Part shown: piece by piece, positions 49,780-61,899 of the stretch
How positions within the stretch are numbered: the first letter of the stretch is position 1
How the letters are laid out: each line of letters opens with the position of its first letter
Position numbers and translations under genes: made by a program
Source: Squalus acanthias
Taxonomy: Eukaryota
Assembly: GCA_030390025.1 (NCBI GenBank)
Contig: CM059432.1
Location: forward strand, 37,016,001-37,080,000
Length of the DNA: 64,000 nt
Direction: 5' to 3'
The notes under the pieces: generated by a model
Database searches by the model: none
Seen by the model: the letters and a program-made list of their open reading frames with translations, nothing else
What the model was told of the DNA's origin: nothing

Positions 49780-52700
49780 CATAACATAAGAAATAGGAGC
49801 AGGAGTAGGCCATTTGGCCCTTTGAGCCTGCTCCGCCTGTGTCTGTGGGAGAACACTTGGGTAAGAGTGATCATCATATCAGATTTAGATTAGCAGTGGA
49901 GAAGAGCAAGGAACAATCTAAAGTAAAAGTTCTAAATTGGAAGAGAGATAACTTCAATGGGATGAGAGGGGATCTAGCCAAGGTAAAATGGAATCTAAGA
50001 TTGACCGGAAAATCTAACAGAACAATGGGTGATCTTTGAGGAAGAGATGTTTCAAGTACAGGCTAGGTATATTCCAACAAGAAGGAAAGGCGGGGGAACC
50101 AAAGCCAGGGCTCCTTGGATGACGAGGAAGCTAGAGAATATATGAAACAAAAAGAAAAGGGTGAATTCTTCAAGTGAGAACCAGGCCAAATACAATAAGT
50201 GAAGAGGAAAATAAGACTGGCAAAGAGAATATGAGAATAGAATGGTAGTTAACATAAAAGGGGACCCAAAAACCTTCTGGCAGTAAATAGTAAGCGGACC
50301 GTAAGAGGTGGGGTGGGGCCTATTAGGGACAAAGAAGGTGATATATGCTTTGAGGCGCAGGGCAAGGCTAGAACACTCAATGAGTACTTTGTATCGGTGT
50401 TTACTAAGGAGGTGAATGCTGACGAAATATCGGTAGCAGTGGAAAAGGTAGAATCAATGGAAGGGGTGAAAATTGATAGACAGGATGTACTAGAAAGGCT
50501 GGATATGCTTTGTGGGTAAGTCGCCTGGTCCGGATGGCTTGCATCCCAGGTTGGCAAGGGAAGTGAGGGTGGAGATAGCGGTAGGGCTTGTCAGTCTTCC
50601 ATAGATATGGGGGAGGTGCCAGAGGATTGGAAAGTGACAGATGTGACACCATTGTTCAAGAAAGGGTGTAAGGACAATCCAAGTAACGATAGGCTGGTCA
50701 GTTTAACATCAGTGGTGGGTAAAGTTTCAGAAACCATTTTTTCCCTGATTATTAACGGGCATTTGGAGAGGTTTAAGTTGATTAAGGAGAGCCAGCACGG
50801 ATTTGTAAAAGGCATATCGTGTTTGACTAATCTAATTGAATTTTTTGATGAAGTAACAGAAAAGGTTGAAGGGAATGCAGTGGATGTTGTTTATATGGAT
50901 TTTAAGAAAGCGTTTGACAAATTGCCACGCAAAAAGCTGGTTAACAAAATTGAGGCTCATGGAATAGGAGGGTCCGTGTCCGCTTGGATAAGGAATTGGC
51001 TGAAGGACAGAAAACAGCGAGTCGTGGTAAATGGTTGTTTTTCCAGACTGGAGGATGGTAGACAGTGGTGTTCCCCAAGGGTCAGTGCTAGGACCACATA
51101 TATATAAATGACTTAGATATTGGAATACAGAGTCAAATTTCAAAATTTGCCGATGACACCAAACTTGGAGGTGTGGTAAACAGTGAGGAGGATACCAATC
51201 GACTGCAACAGGACATAGATAGGCTAGCAGAATGGGCAGACAAGTGGCAGCTGGAATTTAATAGAGACATGGCAGGGTAGCTCAGTCATGTGCAAGTGCA
51301 CATCCTGTGCCATGTGCGTAGTCCTGGACACTTCGCGTAGCATGGACGACCACAAGATTTAGATTAGTAATGGAGAGGAGCAAGGAACAATCTAGAGTGG
51401 AACTTCTAAACTGGAATAGGGCTAACTTCAATGGGATGTGATAGGATCTAGCCAGGGTAAAATGGAACCAAAGACTGACAAGAAAAACTGATGGAACAAT
51501 GGGTGATCTTTAAGGAGGAGATGCTCCAAGTGCAGGCAACATTCCAACAAGAGGGAAGGGTAAGGGAACCAAAGCAAGGGCTCCTTGGATTATCACTCGT
51601 ACCCAAATGTTCTCCCACAGACACTTGGTCGACTTAGCCCACTTCATTCCCCAGCACCAGATCCAGCAATGCCTCCTTCCGAGTTGGGCCAAGAACATAT
51701 TGGTCAAGGAAATTCTCCTGCACACTTCAGAAATCCTCCCCCCTCCTTTCCCTTTACCCTAGATTTGCTCCTCTATTTCCCTCACTATTTGGAGGCCTAT
51801 AGAATACCCCCAATAGCGTGATCATACCCTTTTTGCTCCTCATCGCTAACCAAATGGATTCTGTCCTTGTCCCCTCAAGAACATCCTCCCTTTCCAACAC
51901 TACAATGTCTTCCTTAATCAGCACTGCCACCCCACCTCTGAGGAGGATGCCGAGAAACTCCAGTATGATTTGGACAGGTTGGGTGATTGGGCAGAAGCAT
52001 GGCAGATGCAGTATAATGTGGATAAATGCGAGGTTATCCACTTTGGTGGCAAAAACAGAAAGGCAGATTATTATCTGAACGGCAATAGATTGGGAGAAGG
52101 GGAAGTGCAACGAGACCTGGGTGTCCTTGTGCACCAGTCGCTGAAGGTAAGCATGCAGGTACAGCAGGCGGTTAAGAAGGCAACTGGTATGTTGGCCTTC
52201 GTAGCGAGAGGATTCGAATACAGGAACAAGGATGTCTTGCGTCAGCTGTACAGGGCCTTGGTGAGACCACACCTTGAGTATTGTGTGCAGTTTTGGTCGC
52301 CTTATCTGAGGAAGGATGTTCTTGCCATGGAGGGTGTGCAGCGAAGATTCACCAGACTGATACCTGGGATGGCAGGAATGACGTACGAGGAGAGATTGGG
52401 TAGATTGGGCTTATACTCGCTGGAGTTTAGAAGAATGAGAGGGGATCTCATTGAAACTTATAAAATTCTAACAGGACTAGACAGACTGGATGCAGGAAGG
52501 ATGTTCCCGATGGCGGGTGAGTCCAGAACAAGAGGTCACAGTCTAAAGATAAGGGGTAAGCCATTTAGGACAGAGATAAGGAGGAATTTCTTCACCCAGA
52601 GAGTGGTGAACATGTGGAATTCTCTACCACAGAAGGCAGTTGAGGCCAAGTCAGTAAATATATTCAAGAAGGAGTTAGATATATTTCTTAAGGCTTAAGG

Positions 52701-54217
52701 TATCAAGGGATATAGGGAGAAGGCAGGGACAGGGTACTGAGTTTGGATGATCAGCCATGATCTCATTGAAGGGCGGAGCAGGCTCAAGGGGCCGAATGGC
52801 CTACTCCTGCTCCTATCTTCTATGTTTCTATATATTTCTATGTTGCTTCGTGGCTAATTGTGCTTGTAGCTCACCAACCTTATTCACCACACTTTGTGCG
52901 TTTACGTACATGCATTCTAAACCCATTTTTGAATTTTTCGTAGTCTTTCTTAGTCTGCTCCTATCTAATATGGTACTACTACTGCCTCTAGTACTATCCA
53001 ACACACTCACTGCACCTTATTCCTTTTTGCTACTCCTATATGCTGGTGCCCATCCCCCTGCCAAGCTAGTTTTAAACCCTCCCCAACAGCACTAACAACC
53101 TCCCCGCAAGAATATTGGTCCTGGCTCTGTTGAGGTGTAATCCGTCTGGCTTGTACAGGTCCCAACTTCCCCAGAAACGGTCCCAATGCCTCAGGAAGCT
53201 AAAGCCCTCCTGCACCATCTCTCCAGCCATGCATTCATCTGTTCTATCCTCCTATTCCTGTACTCGCTAGCACGTGGCACCGGGAATAATCTGGAGATTA
53301 CTAGATTTGAGGTCCTGCTTTGTAATCTTTCCTAGCTCCCTATAGTCTGCCTGCAGGACCTCATCCCTCTTTCTGCCTATGTCGTTGGTACCGATATGGA
53401 CAACGACCTCTGGCTGTTCACCCTCCCCCCTTGGAGTGTCCTGCAGCTGCTCCATCATGGAGTCACGTCTACGGCCGCAGAAATGCCTGTCTGCTCCCCT
53501 AACTATCTAATCCGCAACCTCTATTGCTCTTCCACTCTTCTACCCCCCGCGCCCCCCCCCCCACCGGGTGTGGCTGAGCCACCCGTGGTGCCGTGGACTT
53601 GACTCTGGCTGCACTCCCCAGAAGAGCCATCGCCCTCACCAGTACTCAGAACGGAATACTGGTTGGAGAGCGTGATGCACTCAGGGGACTTCTGCACTAC
53701 CTGTCTGGTGGTCCTCTTCTGTCTGGCAGGTCACCCATTCCCTCTCTGCCTGCATACTCTGAAGCTGCGGGGTGGCCACCTTTAGAAACGTGCTCTCCAC
53801 GTAACTCAGCCTCGCGGATGCACCGCAGTGACTGCAGCCTCCACTCAAGCTCCGAAACTCGGAGCTCGAGTTGCTGTAGCTGGTGACACTGCCCGCACAT
53901 GTGGTCATCCAGGCTACGTAATTTTACCCTGGCTAGATCCTTTCCTCTGCCAGTGATATCAATCAACTGCAACAGGACATAGAAAGGCTAGTAGAATGGG
54001 CAGACAAGTGGCAGATGGAATTTAATAGAGAAGTGTGAGGAGATGCATTTTGGCAGAAGGGATAGGGAGATGCAATATAGACTTAATGGCACAGTTCTAA
54101 AGAGTGTGCATGGACAGTGGGACTTGGGAGTTAATGTGCATAGGTCCCTGAAGGTGGCAGGACATATTGAGGGAGTAGTTAGCAAAGCATATGGGATCTT
54201 GGGCTTCATAAATAGAG
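49780..54217. mobile_element. Rearranged CR1 cluster (plus-strand ORF2 pieces; inverted ORF1/APE segment 51589-53918)
   Basis: ORF 50607-51107 is RT. Minus-strand ORFs 53267-53458 (VHIGTNDIG) and 53697-53972 (CGQCHQLQQLELRV) are ORF1. Confidence 0.8.
51939..52842 (+). mobile_element. Young 5'-truncated CR1 with uninterrupted ORF2 C-terminus
   Basis: 242-aa open frame at 51970-52698, followed by the 3' stem-loop and a (TTCTATGT)n-like tail. Confidence 0.9.
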
Positions 54218-55998
54218 AAGTCGCACAACACCAGGTTATAGTCCAACAGTTTTATTTGAAATCACAAGCTTTCGGAGCTGCTGCTCCTTTGTCAGGTGAA
54301 GTGAAGGAATACGAATCGGCAAAGCATATATAGACAGAGAACAATGCCTGTGCAGCGTACAATGTCAGACGACTACAGTTAATCTTTCTGACTGCCTTTT
54401 ATCACACCTCGGCAGAGAAACAATCAGGCCAGTCAGGAAGGCATTATATCAAAGACATAGCAAGATACAACTAAGACAATGAGGTGGGGTCACAGGGGGT
54501 CTAATGTGTCAAATGCAGTCTGTATGGAAAACCATAAACTTTAAACTTTTTACTTTTTTTTACTGGAAATCACATCTGGATGACTCTACGTCATGTAGCG
54601 TGACATGAACCCAAGATCCCGGTTGAGGCCATCCTCATGGGTGCGGAACTTGGCTATCAGTTTCTGCTCGATGATGTTGCGTTGTCGTGTGTCTCGTAGG
54701 CCGCCTTGGAGAACGCTTACCCGCAGATCCGAGGCTGAATGTCCTTGACTGCTGAAGTGTTCCCCGACTGGGAGGTAACAATCCTGCCTGGCGATTGTTG
54801 CGCGGTGCCCATTGATACGTTGTCTCAGTGTCTGCATGGTCTCGCCGATGTACCATGCTCCAGTGCATCCTTTCCTGCAACGTATGAGGTAGACAACGTT
54901 GGCCGAGTCACATGAGTATGTACCATGTACCTGGTGGGTAGTGTCCTCACGTGTGATGATGGTATCTGTGGTGTTGATCTGGCATGTCTTGCAGAGGTTG
55001 CCATGGCAGGGTGGTGTCGTGGTCGCTGTTCTCCTGAAAGCTGGGTAATTTGCTGTGAACGATGGTACTTTTGAGGTCGGGCGGCTGTTTGAAGGCGAGT
55101 AGTGGAGGCGTGGGGATGGCCTTAGCGAGGTGTTCGTCGTCATCGATGACATGTTGAAGGCTGCGAAGAACATGGCGTAGTTTCTCCGCTCCGGGGAAGT
55201 ACTGGACGACGTAGGGTACCCTGTTGGTTGTGTCCCGTGTTCGCCTTCTGAGGAGGTCTATGCGATTTTTCGCTGTGGCCCGTCGGAACTGTCGATGGAC
55301 GAGTCGAGCGTCATATCCCGTTCTTACGAGGGCGTCTTTCAGCGTCCGTAGGTGTCCATCGCGTTCCTCCTCGTCTGAGCAGATCCTGTGTATTCGCAGG
55401 GCTTGTCCATAGGGGATGGCTTCTTTAACGTGGTTAGGGTGGAAGCTGGAGAAGTGGAGCATCGTGAGGTTGTCCGTGGGCTTGCGGTAGAGTGACGTGC
55501 TGAGGTATCCGTCTTTGATGGAGATTCGTGTGTCCAGGAATGAAACCGATTCTGAGGAGTAGTCCATGGTGAGTTTGATGGTGGGATGGAACTTGTTGAT
55601 GTTATCGTGTAGTCTTTTCAGTGATCCTTCGCCGTGGGTCCAAAGGAAGAAAATGTCGTCTATGTATCTGGTGTACAGCGTTGGTTGGAGGTCCTATGCA
55701 GCGAAGACGTCTTGCTCGAACTTGTGCATGAAGATGTTGGCGTATTGGGGTGCGAATTTGGTCCCCATGGCTGTTCCGTGTGTTTGGGTAAAAAACTGGT
55801 TGTCGAAGGTGAAGACATTGTGGTCAAGGATGAAGCTATATATGCTTTACCGATTTTGTATTCCTTCACTTCACCTGACGAAGGAGCAGCAGCTCCGAAA
55901 GCTTGTGATTTCAAATAAAACTGTTGGACTATAACCTGGTGTTGTGCGACTTCTCACTTTTGTCCACCCCAGTCCAACACCGGCATCTCCGCGTCACA
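54218..55998 (-). mobile_element. Penelope-like retroelement (Neptune-type), 5'-truncated, with an inverted ~120-bp terminal copy
   Basis: RT motifs GTAMGTKFAPQYANIFM and RYIDDIF, thumb and GIY-YIG domain, with a TAG stop and a frameshift. Arms are 54215-54333 and 55836-55955. 13-bp TSD TTCATAAATAGAG at 54205-54217 and 55999-56011. Confidence 0.92.
55871..55908 (+). ncRNA. Minimal type I hammerhead ribozyme motif (PLE-associated), sense to SMARCC1
   Basis: UCAC-CUGACGA-A-GGAGC(AGCA)GCUCC-GAAA-GCUU-GUGA. The minus-strand partner at 54262-54299 has CUGACAA (core mutation). Confidence 0.75.
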
Positions 55999-58240
55999 TT
56001 CATAAATAGAGGTATTGAGTACAAAAGCAGGGAAGTTATGCTGAACCTTTATAAAGCTCTGGTTAGGCCACAACTAGAGTACTGCGTTCAGTTCTGGTCC
56101 ACACTTTAGGAAGGATGTGAAGGTCCTTGAGGTTGCAGAGGAGATTTACCAGAATGGTTCCAGGGATGAGGGATTTTAGTTACAAGGTTAGAATGGAGAA
56201 GCTGTGGTTGTTCTCCTTGGATTAAAGGAGGTTAAGGGGAGATTTGATAGAGGTGTACAAGATTATGATTGGTTTGGATAAGGTAAACCGAGAAAGGCTG
56301 TTCCCATTAGCTGATGGCACAAGAACCAGGAGACACAGATTTAAGGTTTTGGGCAGGAGATACCGGGGGAATGTGAGGAAGAACTTTTTTACACAGTGAG
56401 TGGTAATGACCTGGAACTTGCTGCCGACGAGGGTGGTGGAAGTGGAGACGATCAATGATTTAAAAAGGAAATTGGATAGGCACTCGAAGGAAATAAACTT
56501 GCAGAGCTATGGGGATAGAGCAGGGGAATGGGACTGACTAGATTGCTCTACAGAGAGCCGGCGTGGATTCGATGGGCCGAATGGCCTCCTTCTGTGCCGT
56601 TATGACTCTGACTATAAAAAGATTAACATTACTGAAAGTTGGTAAGTCACCTGGTCACGAGGTTGCTGAAAGAAGCAAAGGTAGAAATAACAGGCATTGG
56701 TCACAATCTTTCAATCCTCATTGGATACAGGAGGAGTGCCGGAGGACTCGGGGTTGCTAATGTTATACCACTTCAAGAAAGGGGAGAGGGATAAAGCGGG
56801 AAACGACAGGCCCGTCAGCCTAACATTGGTGGTTGGCAAGTTATTGGAAACCATTATCGGGGACAAAATAAACTTTCATTTAGAAAAGCATGGGTTAATC
56901 AAGGAGAGCAAGCGCAAATTTGTTAAAGGCAAATTGTGTCTGACTAACTTGATTGAATTCTTTAATGAAGTAACAAAGAAGGTTGATCAAGGTAGTGCAG
57001 TAGATGTATATATGGACTTTTGAAAGGCATTTGACACGTGCCACAGAGGAGGCTTATTAAGCTGGAAGCCCATGGAATTAAGGGGAAAGTGGCGGGCATA
57101 GACAGACTGGTGAAATGGGCAGACACCGACCGGGGCAGGTGAAATTGAAGTGTGAAGTGATACATTTTGGTCGGAAGGTGGAGAGAGGCAATGTAAACTC
57201 AATGCGACAATTTTAAAGGGGGTGCAGGAACGGAGACACCTGGGGGTGTAGGTACAGAAATCTTTGGCAGGACAAGTTGAGGAGGCTGTTTTTATAAAAA
57301 AAAAAAGTATACAGGATCCTTGGTTTTATTAATAGAGGCATAGAGTATAAAGAAAGACTTGCATTTATATAGCGCCTTTCACGAGCACTGGACGTCTCCC
57401 AGCGCTTTACAGCCAATGTAGTACTTTGAGTGTAGTCACTGTTGTAATGTGGGAAATGCGGCAGCCAATTTGCGCACTGCAAGCTTCCACAAACAGCAAT
57501 GTGATAATGACCAGATAATCTGTTTGTTATGTTGGTTGAGGGATAAATATCGGCCAGGACACCGGGGATAACTCCCCTGCTCTTGTTCGAAATAGTGCCA
57601 TGGGATCTTTTACATCCACCTGAGAGCAGACGGGGCCTCAGTTTAACGTCTCATCTGAAAAGCAAGGAAGTTATGCTAAACATTTATAAAACACTGGTTA
57701 GGCCTCAGCTGGAGTATTGTTTTCAATTCTGGGCACCACACTTTCGGAAAGATGTCAAGGTCTTGGAGAGGGTGCAGAAGAGATTTACTAGAATGGTACC
57801 AGGGATGAGGGACTTCAGTTAGGTGGAGAGTGGGTTGTTCTCCTTAGAGCAGAGATGGTTTCGAGGAGATTTTATAGATGTTTAAAATCCTGAATGGTTT
57901 TGATAGAGTAAATAAGGAGAAACTGTTTCCAGTGGCAGAAGGGTCGGTAACCAGAGGACACAGATTTAAGGTGATTGGCAAAAGAACCAGAGGCGACATG
58001 AGGAAACAATTTTTTTATAGAGCGAGTTGTTGTGATTTAGAATGCACTGCCTGAAAGGGTGGTGGAAGCAGATTCAATAGTAACATTCAAAAGGGAATTG
58101 GATAAATAGTTGAAAGGGAAAAACATTTGCAGGGCTATGGGGAAAGAGCAGGAGAGTGGGACTAATGGGATCGTTGTACCAAAGAGCCGGCACAGGCATG
58201 GTGGGCCGAATGGCCTCCTGTGCTGTATCATTCTCTGATT
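55999..58240 (+). mobile_element. CR1 fragments, with a nested DeuSINE piece at ~57352-57660
   Basis: [11 protein letters not shown] and RPQLEYCFQFW motifs, RT piece 56697-57023, and two CR1 3' ends (~56610, ~58238). Confidence 0.8.
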
Positions 58241-58453
58241 AAAAAATGAGCTTTTTATATTAGCTAGAAATTCTTTTCAGATGGTTGAATCACCACTGCA
58301 CATTTGTGTTTTAATGTATTTTTGGTATGTGGATGATGTCAGAGAGGCTGTGTTTATTGTCTTTCACTTGCTCTCTGCATGTGTTCTTTCTCTTGCTCAC
58401 TTTCTTTTCCCCTTCCGTGTTATTCTTGCTCTCCTCTCCTCTTTACCCCTCAC

Positions 58454-58611
58454 CAATGTTCCCATTAAGCTGCATGGCTGCGCATTGGTCTGGAGATCCC
58501 ACGCAGGCAGTTTGCCGGCTTTCAAATGGCAAAAACCGCGCATGCGCGATAATTTGAACAGGCCGCACAGCTTGGCCGTGCATGCAAAAAAAATAATTAG
58601 CGGGAGCATTG
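58454..58611. mobile_element. hAT-type MITE, 158 bp
   Basis: Imperfect TIRs CAATGTTCCCATTAA / TTAGCGGGAGCATTG. 8-bp TSD CCCCTCAC / CCCATCAC (7 of 8 match). Confidence 0.7.
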
Positions 58612-59400
58612 CCCATCACCACCTCCAACTACAAAGTTGAAAGGGTTTTAGTATGAAGGTCAGAAAAGAGTAGAAGAAATTGAGAAGTGGTGATTGGTGA
58701 TACCAAGCTTCGATTTTGAAAGACCTGAAGGAAGGTCAAGAATTGTATGCTTTTGAGATCATGGAAAAGAATAGACAGTCTTCAATGAGTTTCCAGTGGG
58801 ACAGGGGAGATGGTGACAATTGTGCAGTAAGAAGATGCTTTTTGAGGTGTTGACGGGCAATATAAAGGGAGCCTGTGCTGTACCTGATCCAAGAGTGCAT
58901 GATGCCAAAACTGGGTGGCAAAATGAAATTGTTTCTGCTTTTGGTGTCTGAATGGTGCAGTGGCAAAACATTAGTCTGGATTTGAACTCTGGTTGTAGAG
59001 TTGAACAGCCAAGGTAACGATTAATCTGCTGTATCAACTGGTTTTAAGAGTTCTACGTGAAATTAATTTGGGGTGGCCTCGATTCAGAACCTTCATAGAA
59101 AATAACCCATTGTGTAAAGCTGCCCTCAGTTTGGCATTAAAATCTGAGAGGCCATGGCTAGTGTGGGAACTAAAACATACCAGTGCAGTCAGTGTTGCTG
59201 TTCTGAGCCTGAGGTACATTGTTGGGACAGTGTAGAGCAAGCTTTACTGTACATCTGACCTGTTGGCTGAAGTGGAAAGTGTATGCCAGCACCAACATCT
59301 CTTAACTCAATTCACACGCAATTCACAAAAGCATCCCTGTCCTTTTGAGTGTTTTCATTTTAAAGCACAGTGAAATATTAATTGTTTGTTTGTTTGCTAG

Positions 59401-59476
59401 TTATGATACTTGGATGCCCGCCAGTGAAATTGATGCTGAAATTGAGGAACCACCAATCCCTGAAAGGCCATGGAAG
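59401..59476 (+). CDS. SMARCC1: SMARCC1 coding exon 8 (gene continues beyond the window)
   Basis: Acceptor tttgctAG. Encodes (S)YDTWMPASEIDAEIEEPPIPERPWK. Donor GTAAGT. 76 nt, phase consistent with exon 7. Confidence 0.95.
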
Positions 59477-60814
59477 GTAAGTTAAATGATTTTATGCAAA
59501 ACAATTGACATCATTACAAAAGAATTATTAAAATCTTAACTAATGCGGAAAGATCAATGTGCGCAAGCAGCCAGGTGCACAACCACATAACCGAACATGT
59601 TCTGCCAGCAACAAATCACTGACGTACCATTAAAAGTGCACACATGGTTTAAAAAAACAATAAACACTTCAGAAAGTAATTAGTTGGACGTGAAGCATTT
59701 TGGTACGTCCTGAGAATGTGATAGTGTTATAGATGCAACTTTTTGGTTTTCTAAACACTTTTCTAGGTCTTTCCAAAGGCCACAAAATGCTTCACCTGCA
59801 ATGAATTGCTTTGAAATGCAATCACTGTTATTTGGGGCAGTGCACCAGCCATTTGCAAGGTTCCACAATCTGAAGTGAAGGACGAGTGAATCTGTTTTGG
59901 TGGTTATGGAGGAAAAAATGTTGGCCAGGACATAAGAGAACTCTATTCTTTGAGCAGTGCCATGAGGATCTTTTTAATTTCTGCTGAACAGGCAGACAGG
60001 ACATTGTTTAATATCTTGTGCGATTGGCACGACTTCCTACAATGCAGCACTCCGCCATTACTGCAGTCCACCGTGTTTATGTGCTCATTTTGGACCCACA
60101 ACCATTTAACTTGGAGGCAAAAGTGCCACCAAATAACCAGCTGACTAGTAGGAGTGGAGTCATGCAAGAGCAGTCCCTGGGAGATGAACTAAGGATGACA
60201 GGTGGTGGAACAAATGGCAGGATCAATCATGTTGAGTGCTGAGTAGCGATCGGGGATAGATAATTGTTGCAGTCATATGGGATGTTGGTGACAGACTGTG
60301 GCATTTAGTGTTATGGGTAGGTTAGGAGCCAAGCTAGATTGGAACAAGGAGTGGTGGGAGATGTGATTCCGGAACTTGGAGGCAACAGTGGATTCGGGTA
60401 CCCAAGAAGTAGAGGGGGTTCAAGGTGGGGTCTTGCCAATCAAAAACTTTGGTTGGAAACATCAGTGTAAAAACCAGAAGAATATCACGTGGATTGCACC
60501 CAAATTCAGCAGGGGGGAGATAAGAGGAGCTGCTCAGAATGGGCTGTATTTTCACAATTACTTGCCTCAAGCAGAGCACAGAGTAGCAACTCTGGTTAGT
60601 GCCAAAGTACTTGGATGTGGAAACATGCTGCATACAAGAGCAGCAGATGCAGATCAAAGGTGGATTTCATGAAGATCAAACACACCAATGACTTCTTATA
60701 AGCCAAGTGTTCAGGAAGCTGTTTAGTTACAGCCTGCAGCTTGGCATTGTGTTTTTCCTAATACGATGCATACTGCTTGTGTAACCCTTTTCCTTGGACG
60801 CAACAACCTAACTT

Positions 60815-61757
60815 CATAGGAACAGGAGTAGGCCATTCGGCCCCTCGAGCCTGCTCTGCCATTCAATAGGATCATGGCTGATGATCTACCTCAAATCCAT
60901 TTTCCTGCCATATCCCTTGATTCCCTTAATATCCAAAAATATATCGATCTCTGTCTTAAATATACTCAATGACTGAGCCGCCACAGCCATCTGGGGTAGA
61001 GAATTCCAAAGATTCATCACCGTCTGAATGAAGAAATTCCTCCTCATCTCAGTCCTAAATGGCTGGCCCCTTATTCTGAGACTGTGACCCCTGGTTCTAG
61101 ACTCCCCAGCCAGGGGAAACAACCTCTCAGCATCTACCCTGTAAGAATTTTGTATGTTTCGATGAGATCACCTCATTCTTCTAAACTCCAGAGAATATAG
61201 ACCTAGTCGACTCAATCTCTCCTCCATAGGACAAACCCCCCATCCCAGGAATCAGTCTGGTGAACCTTTGTTGCACTCCCTCAATGGCAAGTATATCCTT
61301 CCTTAAACAGGAGACCAAAACTCTGCACAATACTCCAGGTGTGGTCTCACCAGGGCCCTATATAATTGCAGTAAGACATCTTTACTCTTCCTCTTGTAAT
61401 AAAGGCCAACAAGCCATTTGCTTTCTTAATTGCTTGCTGTACCTGCATGTTAACTTTCAGTGATTCGTGTACAAGGACACCCAGGTCCCTCTGAACACCA
61501 ATATTTCCCCAATCTCTCTCCATTTAAAAAATACACTGCTTTTTTATTTTTCCTAACAAGGTGGAGAACGTCACATTTCTCCACATTACAGTATATTCCA
61601 TTTACCATGTTCTTGCCCACTCACTTAGCCTGACTATATCCCCTTGAAGCCTCTCTTTATGTTTCAATGAGATCACCTCTCATTCTTCTGAACTCGCGAA
61701 TATAGGCCTCATCTACTCAATCTCTCCTCATAGGATAAACCCTCCATCCCAGGAATT
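60815..61757 (-). mobile_element. CR1 3' fragment
   Basis: ORF 60886-61122 (RGHSLRIRGQPFRTEMRRNFF). 3' stem-loop near 60820-60860. Confidence 0.85.
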
Positions 61758-61899
61758 CAATACTTTTCCACTTTTTCCCCCTCTTTTCCTTTTCTTTCTA
61801 TCCCTCCCTGACCGCGCTCTCCTGTCGGCATGCCTCCTTTCATCTCTCCTCTCCCGGATACTCTGCCGTCCCAAATCTCTACCCCAAATCCTTCATTAC

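Noticed and set aside
51970..52698. 242-aa protein-coding gene
   Set aside because: It is the C-terminal part of CR1 ORF2 followed by a LINE tail.
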